Positions 50,389 through 61,289 of a stretch of 64,000 nt of DNA are shown here, one piece after another. Below the pieces are notes generated by a model. That model saw only the letters and a program-made list of their open reading frames with translations, made no database searches and was not told the DNA's origin. This stretch comes from an uncultured Candidatus Saccharibacteria bacterium (GTDB taxonomy: Bacteria > Patescibacteriota > WWE3 > UBA101185 > UBA10185), in the NCBI GenBank assembly GCA_964643995.1, contig CAZXUJ010000003.1, positions 65,927 through 129,926 on the forward strand, given 5' to 3'. Made by a program: the position numbers and the translations under genes. Position 1 is the first letter of the stretch. Every line of letters starts with the position of its first letter.

Positions 50389-52182
50389 GCTTCTCAGGTG
50401 AATTCATAATCTGTTCTTCTACGGGTAGTAGGTTTTTTTCATTAGGGTCGTTTTCAAGATCATACTTTTCTATAATGTTTTCAGTTTGTTGGATAATGTA
50501 TTTATCAGGGTAGTTTAAACCGCGATATACCGTCCCGAGAATGGTTGTACTGCAATAACACACTTTTCTTGTTCTTCTTCTGTATCTGATGAATCTCTGT
50601 TTATCAGTAGGTGAGTAAACCCTTTTGACTCTTTATGGTCATCTAGAATTTCCAGAATAGTTCTAGGTAACATTCTGTTTGATACCAGTTCCTTTTTTTC
50701 ACTACCTATTGCCATAGAACCCCTATCTGATGCTGGCGGTATGTATCCAAGTGCAGTAACCATGCCCTCTTGATAAGCGAAAAACGTATTGAAATAATTG
50801 TTTTCATGTACTTGAATTGGAAATGAATGATCGCCGAAAATAAATAGATGCGAGTTGTTATCGTAGTTTCCAAAGGAATACCTTTTCAGCGCCTCTCCCA
50901 TTAATTCATCCTGTAAATACGTGGTGTTAGTTATTGTTTCTCTTAGATTTTTCGTGTCTTGATAGGGCAGCTCATTTTTATAAGTATCGTATATGCTTTC
51001 TTCAGCTGCATCGAATGGATAGTGATTTATGCTCCCAACTGCCATGTGTACAAATAATTTTTCATCTTTGTATTTATCATTGATGTACTCGAAGTATCTT
51101 TCATACGCTATTCCATCTGTATAGCCCCACTCATGTTTGGGGTCAGTGTCCTGAAAGAGTTCCAGGCCTAAAACCTCATCAAAGCCTATATTTTTTAGGA
51201 ATACATCCATGTTTGCAAATCCTGTGTCATACAATTGCATATAAATTGTTTTATATCCCGCCTCTTTGAGGATTCTGGGCAAACAGTTCAGTTCATTAGT
51301 GTTGGTTTTATTGGTAGCTGTTGTTTTATATAGCGGTGGAAGTATTCCGCAGAGGAATACTTCTTGATTGGAGGTAGTATTCACCGCTGACGCTTGAAAG
51401 TTTTTTATTAATACACCCTTTTCTTTCGTTATGGTCAAAAATTCAGGTGTGCTTACATTGTTTACAAATTCCGTGTTTAGACTTTCCAGTTGAATTAGGA
51501 AAACGTTTTCCTTTTTATTTTTCAAGTTTTCGAGATTTATAGCTTCTGTCAGATTTCCGTTGCGATTTTTTTCAAGTTCTTGTTGGTACAGTTTTGTGTA
51601 AGTCTTAAGTACCACTTTGTTACTGGTGATTTCCCTTTTAACACTGATGCTAAATTGGCTGTAAAAAATTGTTGTAAATATTGAAATCACTAACAATATA
51701 TTTATAAGTTGCTTTTTTTTGTTTAAGGCGCCTTGATATGCAATGTTTTTGGCTAATTCCTTATGAAATGTAAAACTCAGTATACAGCTGATGATTAGCA
51801 AGGTTGCTATAAGCTCAACATTGAAACCAAGTTTGTTCGCAACTTCGAGTAGCTCTGAATACTTTATCAAATAGTCTCTTACCATGAAAGTAACCTCAAA
51901 TTTCGCATAAAAAATGTTAAAGAGTACTAGCAAGTGTTGTATGAACACTAGTCCGCATATGCTGGCATTTATGGTCGTTGTTTTTGCATTAGACTTGTTT
52001 AGCCGCAATGCGCTTAGCCAAGTTAACACCAGTAAAAATAAGCAGAATGGTAGGGTCAAAACTTCTAGTATTCCCAAGTTGAGCAATGCCACATAATACA
52101 GGTTGATGTAAAAAAATGTTACTATTTGAATGATTTGAGCAATCTTTAGTGAAACAATTGAAATCTTGTTAAGTATTCTCAA
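50360..52182 (-). pseudogene. LTA synthase/sulfatase-family membrane protein, frameshifted near the 3' end
   Basis: LIQLES, NTTSNQE, NHYPF, GDHS. The main ORF stops at 50515, while the typical tail YDLENDPNEKNL lies in another frame (50360-50563). Confidence 0.7.
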
Positions 52183-52222
52183 AATATCATTAATCTTAAT
52201 TTTTAGATGGTATCATATACCT

Positions 52223-52744
52223 ATGGTTGTAATGCAAAAGAAGCTAATCGTAGGGCTGGGTAATCCCGGTGACAAATATAAAAATACCAGACATAATGTT
52301 GGTTTTATGCTTGTGGATAACCTTGTAGAGAAACTCAACTTAAAATGGGAGTTTGATAAAAGGTTTAACTCTGAGGTCGCTGCCAATAATGAGTATATTT
52401 TCGCAAAGCCTCAAACATTTATGAATGAGTCTGGGAGTGCTGTAAAAAGGCTAGTCTCATATTTTGGCATTAACCTAGATGCTTTGATAGTAATTCACGA
52501 TGATGTTGATTTAGAAGCTGGAGATGTCAAATTTAAAAAAGGTTCGGGTTCTGCAGGGCATCATGGCGTAGAGGATATTATAGAGAAGCTTGATTCAAAA
52601 GATTTTTGGAGATTGCGTGTAGGTATAGGTAGACCACAAAATCAAAGTTTTGATGTTCACTCTTTTGTTTTAGGCAAAATCCCCGAAAATTTTACCCTCA
52701 ATTTAGCCGAGTTACTTTCTCTCCTCGAATTAAATATTGAATAA
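52223..52744 (+). CDS. pth: Peptidyl-tRNA hydrolase
   Basis: GLGNPG, TRHNVGF, FMNESG, HDD, GHHG, RLRVGIG. Confidence 0.97.
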   Translation: MVVMQKKLIVGLGNPGDKYKNTRHNVGFMLVDNLVEKLNLKWEFDKRFNSEVAANNEYIFAKPQTFMNESGSAVKRLVSYFGINLDALIVIHDDVDLEAGDVKFKKGSGSAGHHGVEDIIEKLDSKDFWRLRVGIGRPQNQSFDVHSFVLGKIPENFTLNLAELLSLLELNIE

Positions 52745-52819
52745 TAGAGATTTGCCCTTGACCTATTATGGCGCTATAATCCCTTCATTACTGACTGTTG
52801 CACAAGGAGAAAAAAAACT

Positions 52820-52999
52820 ATGCAACTTCCAGATCGCCCTAACAGACCGCGGATCAATGCTGAATTGCCTGGGTGTACAGTACTTCTGGCCGTTGGTTAC
52901 ATTCAATTTGGCCTATGGCTAAATTGTAAATGTGTAAACAACGGACTATGTTTCCTTATTCTCGTATCTATATTGGTAGACACCAATTTTCTAAATTAG
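52820..52999 (+). CDS. Small hypothetical hydrophobic protein (59 aa; not in the ORF track)
   Basis: TATAAT near 52775, AAGGAG SD, MQLPDRPNRPRINAELPGCTVLLAVGYIQFGLW... Confidence 0.4.
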   Translation: MQLPDRPNRPRINAELPGCTVLLAVGYIQFGLWLNCKCVNNGLCFLILVSILVDTNFLN

Positions 53000-53036
53000 T
53001 AAACTTAAAAAGAATCTAGTTTTCCCCGAACAATTT

Positions 53037-54662
53037 ATGTATTACACAAAGTATAGACCGCAAAAATTTAGTGATATTTCCCAGCCTAATGATATTGCGT
53101 CGGCTTTGATGACACAACTTAAGGATGGTAAAACTGCCCATGCGTATTTGTTTGTTGGCCCACGAGGAACAGGTAAAACCACTACAGCACGTATTTTGGC
53201 TAAGGCTCTAAACTGTGAGGCACTTGATACATCTGGAGACCCATGTAATAAATGTTTTGTTTGTAAAGCTGTAATGAATGGAAATTTTGTTGATCTTATT
53301 GAAATTGATGCCGCAAGTAATCGTGGGATTGATGACATTCGAGAATTACGCGACAAAATAAAATTATCTCCGACGACAGGAAAAAACAAAATTTATATAA
53401 TCGATGAGGTTCATATGCTTACCACAGAAGCCTTCAATGCTTTACTTAAAACTCTTGAGGAACCCCCCTCCCATGCTGTTTTTATTTTATGCACAACCGA
53501 GTCTCATAAGGTTCCTGACACCATTAAATCGCGTTGTCAGGTTTTCAAATTTAAACGCGCTACGGTCGACCAACTGGTTGTGAAACTAACTGACATTTGT
53601 AAAAAAGAGAAAGTTAAAGGTATCAAGTCGGAAGATTTAAGAAAAATCGCTGAGGCCTCTTTTGGTGGTTTCCGCGATGCCGAAACATTACTCCAACAAG
53701 TTGTAGATGGTGGTATGGATGCTGATACTTTTGTTGGGCTGTCTGCGGTACAGAACTATCTAAATTTTGTAGAAAACCTTATAAATCATGATTCTAGATC
53801 TGCTCTGAAATTTGTTGGCCAGTTAGTAAATGATGGTATAGACATTAATGTCTGGCTTTCCGGGCTTTTAAATCATTTACGGGATCTGTTGTTTGTGAAA
53901 ACTAAAGTTGATGTTATGACCGATTTTTCTCCCGAGCTCTTGGCTAAGTTGCAGCTTCAAGCAGAAGTGCTTACGTATGGACAATTGGTTGCCTTTACAA
54001 GTGAATTTATTGAGGCGAGCAACCATGTTACCGACTCAATGTTGCCGCAGCTGCCGCTAGAAATTAGTATCATTAAACTTTGTGAGGACTTGACTATGCC
54101 AACTAATATTTCCACAAAAAATGAGCCTCCTGTAATACCTAACCCTCCCGAAGCAGGTGACCATAAGCAATCAAATAAAGATAATGAGGACTACGGTGAT
54201 GATTTTTTTGAGGAGGCCGTGGAGGTTGATGATGGTGCTCAGGATATAGTTGAGATTGTTTCAGATGTTCCATTGGTTGCAATATCCGTAATAGAGGAGA
54301 AGTGGAAATCTTTGGTTAAAAGTACAGTTCAAATTAATGCTTCTATACATACATTGCTAAAATCGGCGCACCCTATTGAGGTAGTAGGGAATAAGCTTTA
54401 TATTGAGGTTTCTTACAAATTTCATAAGGAACGCATCGAGTCTCCAAAAAACAGGCAGATAATTGAAAACACTCTTCGCGAAATTTTGGGGGAGGACATA
54501 AAAATAGAATGCAAAGTAAATGAGGGTAAACGTCCTGCTCCAAAGGAGCCTAAGGCTACAGGGGATTTAACTGATTACAACGTTTCTGCTCCAATATTTT
54601 CTGCTGGAACTAGTGAAAGCGCGAATATATCTGATATATTTGATGGCGCACTACCTTATTAA
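53037..54662 (+). CDS. dnaX: DNA polymerase III subunit gamma/tau
   Basis: KYRPQKF, GPRGTGKT, EIDAASN, DEVHML, SRC. Confidence 0.97.
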   Translation: MYYTKYRPQKFSDISQPNDIASALMTQLKDGKTAHAYLFVGPRGTGKTTTARILAKALNCEALDTSGDPCNKCFVCKAVMNGNFVDLIEIDAASNRGIDDIRELRDKIKLSPTTGKNKIYIIDEVHMLTTEAFNALLKTLEEPPSHAVFILCTTESHKVPDTIKSRCQVFKFKRATVDQLVVKLTDICKKEKVKGIKSEDLRKIAEASFGGFRDAETLLQQVVDGGMDADTFVGLSAVQNYLNFVENLINHDSRSALKFVGQLVNDGIDINVWLSGLLNHLRDLLFVKTKVDVMTDFSPELLAKLQLQAEVLTYGQLVAFTSEFIEASNHVTDSMLPQLPLEISIIKLCEDLTMPTNISTKNEPPVIPNPPEAGDHKQSNKDNEDYGDDFFEEAVEVDDGAQDIVEIVSDVPLVAISVIEEKWKSLVKSTVQINASIHTLLKSAHPIEVVGNKLYIEVSYKFHKERIESPKNRQIIENTLREILGEDIKIECKVNEGKRPAPKEPKATGDLTDYNVSAPIFSAGTSESANISDIFDGALPY

Positions 54663-54668
54663 TTACTT

Positions 54669-55301
54669 ATGAAAACCCCAAGACCTATTGAAAAGTTAAT
54701 AAACCATTTTGAGCGGTTGCCTGGTATAGGGCCAAAAACAGCACAGCGTCTGGTTTTTCACTTATTACATTTTCCTCAGGAGGAAATAGAAAAGTTTTCG
54801 GAGTCGTTGATAAAATTTAAAACTGATATCCAAATTTGTAATGTTTGTAAAAATGTGGGTGAGTCCAACCCTTGTGAGATATGTCAGGACTTAAATCGTT
54901 CTGATAGTTTAGTTGCAGTGGTGTCAACGCCTTTGGATGTTTTTGCTTTGGAACGTGCTGGTTTTAAAGGTAAATATCATGTATTGCATGGGGTTATTGA
55001 TCCATTAAACAATGTTGGTCCTGACGAGCTGTTTATAAGTCACCTAGTCATTAGGATTAAAGAGTATATTGATAACCCAATGACGTCCTTTAATACTTTG
55101 GAGCTGATTTTGGCCACAAACACCAGCATGGAAGGTGAGTCGACCGCAATGTACCTTACTAAGCTGATACGCGAGCAGGGTTTCCCCACAGAACAAGTAA
55201 AAATAACCAGAATCGCTAGAGGACTTCCTGTTGGAGGCGACATTGAATATGCAGACGATTTCACACTACTTAAGGCTTTGGAAGGCAGATCTGTGTGCTA
55301 G
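54669..55301 (+). CDS. recR: Recombination mediator RecR
   Basis: LPGIGPKTAQR, C4 zinc finger, YHVLHG, EGESTA. Confidence 0.97.
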   Translation: MKTPRPIEKLINHFERLPGIGPKTAQRLVFHLLHFPQEEIEKFSESLIKFKTDIQICNVCKNVGESNPCEICQDLNRSDSLVAVVSTPLDVFALERAGFKGKYHVLHGVIDPLNNVGPDELFISHLVIRIKEYIDNPMTSFNTLELILATNTSMEGESTAMYLTKLIREQGFPTEQVKITRIARGLPVGGDIEYADDFTLLKALEGRSVC

Positions 55302-55310
55302 AATATTGGT

Positions 55311-56705
55311 ATGACACTAAGGTTATACAATTCCCTTACACGTCAAATAGAGGACTTTAAACCTTTAAAAGAAGGCGAGGTAAGTTTATATGCCTGCGGC
55401 CCTACCGTTTACTATTATGCGCATATCGGTAACTTCAGGTCATTTGTATTAGCCGATTTAGTTTATCGAACACTCAAATTTAATGCTTTCAATGTCCGCT
55501 ACATTATGAATCTTACGGATGTCGGGCATTTAACGGGTGACAATTTGGGCGACGCTAATATTGGTAATGATCGTCTGGAGCAGGCTGCTGACAAAGAAGG
55601 CAAGAGCGCGAGAGAAATAGCCGATTTTTATATTAAACATTTTCTTTTGGACTACGAAAAGCTTAAATTATCGAGACCATTAAAATTTACTCGTGCAACT
55701 GATTACATCGCTGAGCAAATTGAGCTTGTGCGTGTTTTAGAAAGAAAAGGTTATACGTATAAAACTTCGGATGGTGTCTACTTTGATACCTCGAAATTCG
55801 CAAGCTACGGAATTATGTCAGGTATGGTGGCGGATAATGAGGAACGTGAAGCTAGAGTATCTGAAAATCTAGAAAAGAAGAATCCTTCGGATTTTGCATT
55901 ATGGAAATATTCCCCAAAAGGTGAACGTCGTTGGCAAGAATGGGAATCCCCATGGGGTATGGGCTTTCCTGGGTGGCATATAGAGTGTAGTGCTATGAGT
56001 ATGCGAGAACTTGGGGCAACCATTGATATTCACACTGGGGGGGAAGATCATAAAATGATTCATCATCCAAATGAAATAGCCCAGAGCGAATGTGCCACTG
56101 GTGAAAAGTTTGTTCGTTACTGGTTGCACTCAGCTTTTATGAAAATAGATGATCAGAGAATGGGAAAGAGTAATAACAATGCATATACTTTATCTGATAT
56201 TGAGGAAAAAGGGTTTTCTCCGGTTGATCTCCGTTATTTTTATATGACTGCTCATTACCGTACGCCGCTAAATTTTACTTGGGGTGCATTACAGAGCGCG
56301 TCTAGTGCTCTTAGAAAGCTCTACACTGTGGTTGAGGGTTATAAAGATGATTCAGGTGCCCTGCCTGATAAAAGTGAACTGCGTAAGTTTGAGGAGGCTT
56401 TAAATGACGATTTAAACATGCCCAAGGTGTTAGCAATCGTTTGGGATGTTCTTAAAAACGAGTCCATGTCTGAAGGCGTCAAATTAGCGACTCTTCAAAA
56501 ATTTGATACAGTGTTGGGATTTGGACTTGATTCTCATATAGGTCTTGAAATTCCGGAAAAGGTGCAACATTTAGCCACTACTAGGCAAGAATATCGCAAG
56601 GCAGGTATTTGGGATAAAGCGGACGTTTTGCGTCGAGAAATAGAATCCCAAGGGTATGTTGTCGAGGATGTAGCTGAGGGTTTCAAGATTAAACGCAAGA
56701 TATAG
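55311..56705 (+). CDS. cysS: Cysteine--tRNA ligase
   Basis: CGPTVY, HIGN, GWHIECS, MGKS. Confidence 0.97.
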   Translation: MTLRLYNSLTRQIEDFKPLKEGEVSLYACGPTVYYYAHIGNFRSFVLADLVYRTLKFNAFNVRYIMNLTDVGHLTGDNLGDANIGNDRLEQAADKEGKSAREIADFYIKHFLLDYEKLKLSRPLKFTRATDYIAEQIELVRVLERKGYTYKTSDGVYFDTSKFASYGIMSGMVADNEEREARVSENLEKKNPSDFALWKYSPKGERRWQEWESPWGMGFPGWHIECSAMSMRELGATIDIHTGGEDHKMIHHPNEIAQSECATGEKFVRYWLHSAFMKIDDQRMGKSNNNAYTLSDIEEKGFSPVDLRYFYMTAHYRTPLNFTWGALQSASSALRKLYTVVEGYKDDSGALPDKSELRKFEEALNDDLNMPKVLAIVWDVLKNESMSEGVKLATLQKFDTVLGFGLDSHIGLEIPEKVQHLATTRQEYRKAGIWDKADVLRREIESQGYVVEDVAEGFKIKRKI

Positions 56706-58679
56706 TTATTTTCTGCTTACCCATTCAATAGTACTTTCATCAAAAAATTCCCTAAGTTGAATCATATATTTGGGTTCAAAGATAAAAGACTCGGCGGGAG
56801 TATCATTGTTTTGGGTGCCTTGTAATGTACGTTGCAACTTAATTTCATCCGCACTGTATATTCCTTTCAAGTTCAAGGTTTGTGTAGCTTCGCCGTCTTC
56901 TATGTTATACGCCGAAAATATATCGCCGTCGGCAAATATTGCAATTCCCAGTGTATTGACCCCTTTATCTATGTAAACATCGCCCTCAACGATAAACAAT
57001 GCTGTAGATGAACTTGAGACTGCAATATCATTATCAATGCTTAAGTTTCCATTTACAAAAACTATTTGATTAAATGTGGCTGATCCATAGTTGTTAGGTG
57101 TGGACTGATTATCAATTGTGTAGTCTCCGTTTATCTCATATACTCCTGTACTGCTAACTAGATCTGCGTTCGTCGATATGGTGGTCTTTATGCCTGTAAC
57201 TTGATTGTATAGTCCTGTATAACCTTCGACTGATGGGGTAGGGGAGTTGTAGATTTTCCAATCCTCCTCCGAAGTGAAAAAGTCAATCGAATTTCCGCCA
57301 ATTTCTATCAGTCCATCAGTGTTGTCTTCATTCGCTTCAGATACCATGTCTATGTGCGCATTTGCCCTTACAAACCCATGTCCACGTACTTTTATCCAAG
57401 GTCCATTTAGGCATATTTCTTTAGTATCTATGTTGCCAGCCCTATCCTCCGCATAAAAGCGGACTTCCTTACAATCTCTCCAGTTACTGTCGCAGAAATC
57501 TGTTCTTTGTGTGCGCAGTTGTGCTGTGGTCTCTCCATTGGCGTGCACGCCATTGAGCAGCTCTCTCCACAAATTTGTGTTCCATGTAGAATTACATCCT
57601 AATAAGTTTCTAAAGTAACCGAACGTGGGGTTTCTACTTGTTAGGTACTGATATTTGTTTGTTTCAACAGACAGGCCGGACGTTAGGTCGTCTACTGTTA
57701 TAAAAACCCATAACCTATGTACCGAGCTACTCCCACCGCCGATTTGCCTTGTAGCTCCGGAGTCGTGCCAATTGCCTGGGGGTGTTTGATCTAGTTTAAA
57801 CTCTATACAATGTGACTTGGGCGAGGTGCAGCTGTGTACCTCCGAGTTATCAGAAAAGTCTGTACTGTAGTACTCAATAGTATGTGCGGCGTTATCTGTG
57901 GCGACCGTAAAATTTGTAGAAATGTTCTCTAGCGATGTTGTTATTGTCGCAGCATCTGCCCACAATGTTCCAGGCCCACTCAGACCGATATCCATATATA
58001 CACCTGTGGCGCCACTAACGCTTACGGTGAAGTCTAGTGTAACCAACGTCCATCCAGTTGTACCGGTTACTGTTGTTGACTGTGCAATTAGTGGGTAAGT
58101 GAAACCACCGGCACCATCGGGTACCACAGCATAAATCCGATAATTTGCTGTTCCTGTTACGTTGTCGGTCTTTAACCAGACTGATGAAGTCATGTTATCG
58201 AAAGGGGAGGCAGCTGCATAATAGGTCATATGATTTATACCATGCCAAGTACCACCTGTTGTTTCTATTTTTGCTGAGGCACTAGCGTAGCCAGGTGCGT
58301 AGTTACCATTGTCTTTTGAGTAAGTAACTTCTGGATCGACTAAAGTTCCTTCCCAACGCGATAGTCCTGTTGTTGTACTGCCGGAAGCAGTTTCAAACGA
58401 TGCATTAGGTGCTAAATTCGCGGTATTAGAGAAGTCTACTGTTTGCCAGTTTCCTCCATCAATTCGGTAATTTATGTTTTTTACACCACTCTCAAGATCT
58501 GTTGCATTAAGCTGAATTTGCACTGGAGAGACGTACCAGCTGTTATTCCCGTCTGGAACTGCTGGGTTAAGTGTATAGGTTGTTGTTGGGGGTGTTACAT
58601 CTACCGGTTGTGCTTGTATCCTGGGCGTAATCAGAACTAATAAAGTTAATATTGCAAAGTATCTGAAATATTTGGGCAT
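56706..58679 (-). CDS. Secreted modular protein (Ig-like domain with a CBM-like insert, C-terminal beta-rich domain)
   Basis: Signal peptide; DVTPPTT..PDGNNSWY..DLESGV; NASFE; C-terminal VNGNLSI/IVEGDVYID repeats. Confidence 0.75.
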   Translation of the reverse strand: MPKYFRYFAILTLLVLITPRIQAQPVDVTPPTTTYTLNPAVPDGNNSWYVSPVQIQLNATDLESGVKNINYRIDGGNWQTVDFSNTANLAPNASFETASGSTTTGLSRWEGTLVDPEVTYSKDNGNYAPGYASASAKIETTGGTWHGINHMTYYAAASPFDNMTSSVWLKTDNVTGTANYRIYAVVPDGAGGFTYPLIAQSTTVTGTTGWTLVTLDFTVSVSGATGVYMDIGLSGPGTLWADAATITTSLENISTNFTVATDNAAHTIEYYSTDFSDNSEVHSCTSPKSHCIEFKLDQTPPGNWHDSGATRQIGGGSSSVHRLWVFITVDDLTSGLSVETNKYQYLTSRNPTFGYFRNLLGCNSTWNTNLWRELLNGVHANGETTAQLRTQRTDFCDSNWRDCKEVRFYAEDRAGNIDTKEICLNGPWIKVRGHGFVRANAHIDMVSEANEDNTDGLIEIGGNSIDFFTSEEDWKIYNSPTPSVEGYTGLYNQVTGIKTTISTNADLVSSTGVYEINGDYTIDNQSTPNNYGSATFNQIVFVNGNLSIDNDIAVSSSSTALFIVEGDVYIDKGVNTLGIAIFADGDIFSAYNIEDGEATQTLNLKGIYSADEIKLQRTLQGTQNNDTPAESFIFEPKYMIQLREFFDESTIEWVSRK

Positions 58680-58704
58680 GTAACAATAAGTATATATCCT
58701 TTCT

Positions 58705-59988
58705 TTATACGTTTACAGTCTTTTGATCCCCAGACTTCATATCTTTGATCTGGATCTCATTTTTCTCTATCTCGGCTGTTCCCGCGATAATGACATTACT
58801 AAATCCAAGTTTGTTTGCTTCTCTTAATCCCTCAGATAGTTGAACGCTTTTGATTCCTGTTTGTACTCTATAGCCCTGTTTTCTTAGTTTGTTGGCAATT
58901 TCAAGAGCAGTCAAGAAACTCACATTTTCTAAAAGTGGAAGGTAATACATATCTGTATATTTGCTCAATTCAGGAATTAAGTCCCAATTTTCAAGGAATA
59001 TTCTAAACGTTTCACTCCCAGGTGCAAAGCCTACTGCAGGCATTGAGTCTATGCCAAAGAGTTCCGCTAACCCGTTATAGCGACCACCTCCGAACAAAGA
59101 TCTAGGATTTTCCTTGTTAGCATCAAACACCTCAAAAATTAAACCATCATAGTAATCAAATCCTCGAATAATATTAGCTTTAAACTCTACATACTGCGCA
59201 TATCCTAAATTTGTTAAGGCTTCTTGAGTATAAATAATTTCCTTAGCTCCATCGCTTGATTCTAGTTCTGGAAAGTTCTCTAGTAACGTTAGGCTGTTTG
59301 CAGTTAAGAAATTAACTATTTTTGTTATTTCTGCATCATCAAATCCTAAGTCAACTAAAGCTTTTACGTATGCATCTTTTGAGTCGTATTTATCAAACTT
59401 ATCCATCAGTCTTACTAGCTGGGTTTTTTTCTCAGTTGACACTTTTAAAACGTCATCCAAAAAAGCATTTATAAGCTTTCGGTTGTTGTAGTAGAGCTTA
59501 AAAGCATTTTCTGGAGGATTAAAGGCTAACATAAGCTCAAGTGCCAAAGACAAAATTTCTAAATCAGAGTTTATTGAAGCGTCTCCAAAAATATCGGCAT
59601 TTAGCTGCCAAAACTCTCTGTTGCGCCCTTTTTGTGGTTTTTCATTGCGACAAAAATTACTTACATTAAAAAATCTTATTGGTTTTGGAGATTCCTTGTA
59701 AACCTTTGCGACGAGTCTAGTTACCGAGGGTGTCATCTCAGGACGTATTGCTAATTCGCGCCCACCGAGGTCTGTTAGCGTATACAGTTCCTTACCGCCA
59801 ACATCTTCACCTGACTTTGCACGATATATCTCAGCCGACTCAAGTAGGGGAGTCTGATACTCTCTATAGCCAAATCTTAAGCACACCTCTTTCCAAGTAT
59901 TAAACATGAACTCTTGCACCAAAAATTCATCTGGCAAAAGATCTTTCATTCCTTTATTTGGTTGTGTACTTAGTTGCTGTTGTGCCAT
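58705..59988 (-). CDS. hisS: Histidine--tRNA ligase
   Basis: RPEMT, RNEKPQKGRNREFWQ, RGFDYYDG, GGGRY. Confidence 0.97.
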   Translation of the reverse strand: MAQQQLSTQPNKGMKDLLPDEFLVQEFMFNTWKEVCLRFGYREYQTPLLESAEIYRAKSGEDVGGKELYTLTDLGGRELAIRPEMTPSVTRLVAKVYKESPKPIRFFNVSNFCRNEKPQKGRNREFWQLNADIFGDASINSDLEILSLALELMLAFNPPENAFKLYYNNRKLINAFLDDVLKVSTEKKTQLVRLMDKFDKYDSKDAYVKALVDLGFDDAEITKIVNFLTANSLTLLENFPELESSDGAKEIIYTQEALTNLGYAQYVEFKANIIRGFDYYDGLIFEVFDANKENPRSLFGGGRYNGLAELFGIDSMPAVGFAPGSETFRIFLENWDLIPELSKYTDMYYLPLLENVSFLTALEIANKLRKQGYRVQTGIKSVQLSEGLREANKLGFSNVIIAGTAEIEKNEIQIKDMKSGDQKTVNV

Positions 59989-59996
59989 ATCTACTT

Positions 59997-60437
59997 CTAA
60001 TTTACTACCTTTATGCCTTTTACGCTAGTAAAATCATTGTCGAAAGAAGCAATTTTAGTTATCTTCTCTTTTTTCATGATTTCAAGAATCATAGCGTCTC
60101 TGGGTCTTAATTTATGTGCTTTCATAATTTTCAAAGTATCTACTAGATCTTCCTGTGTTAGTACAGTTTCAAGCAAAGCAAAGTTTAAGAAATTAAAAAC
60201 ATTTGTTGTAGCTTTATTTAGTCTTTTGAATAGGTCATTTTTGCTTAGTTTAAGTTCTCTCCATATAGCGATTGATACATACCACAGTTCATCAAAAACT
60301 AAATTATGTGTCACTAATACATTTTCAGCAGCTGCGAACTCACTTAAAAGTTCTTTGGCTCTAGGATAAAAAATATGTCCTTCTATTTGTGATGCTACAA
60401 GAAAATTAGTGTCAAGAAAAACGGATGCTCTTGTCAT
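59997..60437 (-). CDS. vapC: PIN-domain VapC toxin
   Basis: FLDTNFL, DEL, LRPRDA, SFDNDF. Confidence 0.9.
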   Translation of the reverse strand: MTRASVFLDTNFLVASQIEGHIFYPRAKELLSEFAAAENVLVTHNLVFDELWYVSIAIWRELKLSKNDLFKRLNKATTNVFNFLNFALLETVLTQEDLVDTLKIMKAHKLRPRDAMILEIMKKEKITKIASFDNDFTSVKGIKVVN

Positions 60438-60696
60438 AGGGATTTTCCTTAAACTTTTTAACAATCTTGGCAATTTCTTGTGCCGATACCTCGTCTTTAA
60501 CTATCAAACCCCCCATAACATTTTGCGGATAGTCTTCGTGCAAATTTGTGGTATCAATTTGTTCATCAACAATTTCATATGTAATTTTATTTTTTACTCG
60601 CTTTGAGAACTTTAGCTTAGTACCTGGAGTTATATTAGCTTCTTTAGGAACTGTTATAGCAATGCTATTTCCAATTTTAAATGCTTTTTGGATCAT
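60412..60696 (-). CDS. AbrB/MazE-like antitoxin
   Basis: KIGNSIAITVPK; overlaps the start of vapC. Confidence 0.85.
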   Translation of the reverse strand: MIQKAFKIGNSIAITVPKEANITPGTKLKFSKRVKNKITYEIVDEQIDTTNLHEDYPQNVMGGLIVKDEVSAQEIAKIVKKFKENPYDKSIRFS

Positions 60697-60833
60697 ACAT
60701 GGATAATAGATAATGTTTAAACGTGAGTCAATAAGGTGTTTAAATGATTGTGGCTAGGTCAGACTGAAAAATTTTGTTTCTTCTTTATGTGGAAGATTAT
60801 TATTTTTTCAGTCTGAACCTAGCCGGTTGATGT

Positions 60834-61163
60834 CTATTTCTTAATGAGTAGTTTCCAGGCCAATGAACCTAGATAAATAATTCCTACTCCATTAAGAACC
60901 ATTACTGAGATTGCGGCGATTACCCATGTGTTGTTTTGGATCCATGTGGGTAATGTGAACAATGCCGCGAGCCAGAAAACTGGATTAAGGATGGTACGCA
61001 CTAATGCTTGCATGAACTGCTCCACGCTTACAAACTCGGCGCCATTACGTAACACAAATGTGGGAGCTGATGTGATCGCAATGAAAATTACTGTTACGCC
61101 TACTAGCGCCAAAAAAACAGCTAGCATTATGGCCAATGTTTTTTCTGTACTCATGTGTTTCAT
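60834..61163 (-). CDS. Small 3-TM hypothetical protein
   Basis: TATAAT, AGGAG SD, hydrophobic, long hairpin downstream. Confidence 0.7.
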   Translation of the reverse strand: MKHMSTEKTLAIMLAVFLALVGVTVIFIAITSAPTFVLRNGAEFVSVEQFMQALVRTILNPVFWLAALFTLPTWIQNNTWVIAAISVMVLNGVGIIYLGSLAWKLLIKK

Positions 61164-61289
61164 CTTTCAATCTCCTGTGAATTGGTGGATTTTCTCTGAT
61201 CTTTCGATCTATGCCTTTAATTATACCTCTACCTACAACATTTTAAGCCTCATAGTTGTCTATTTGCTTGTTACTGCGCCAAGGGGCTG

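Noticed and set aside
53595-53610. AAAAAAG slippery heptamer in dnaX
   Set aside because: It lies within the AAA+ core, far upstream of where a gamma-producing frameshift would make sense, and A-runs are common in this genome
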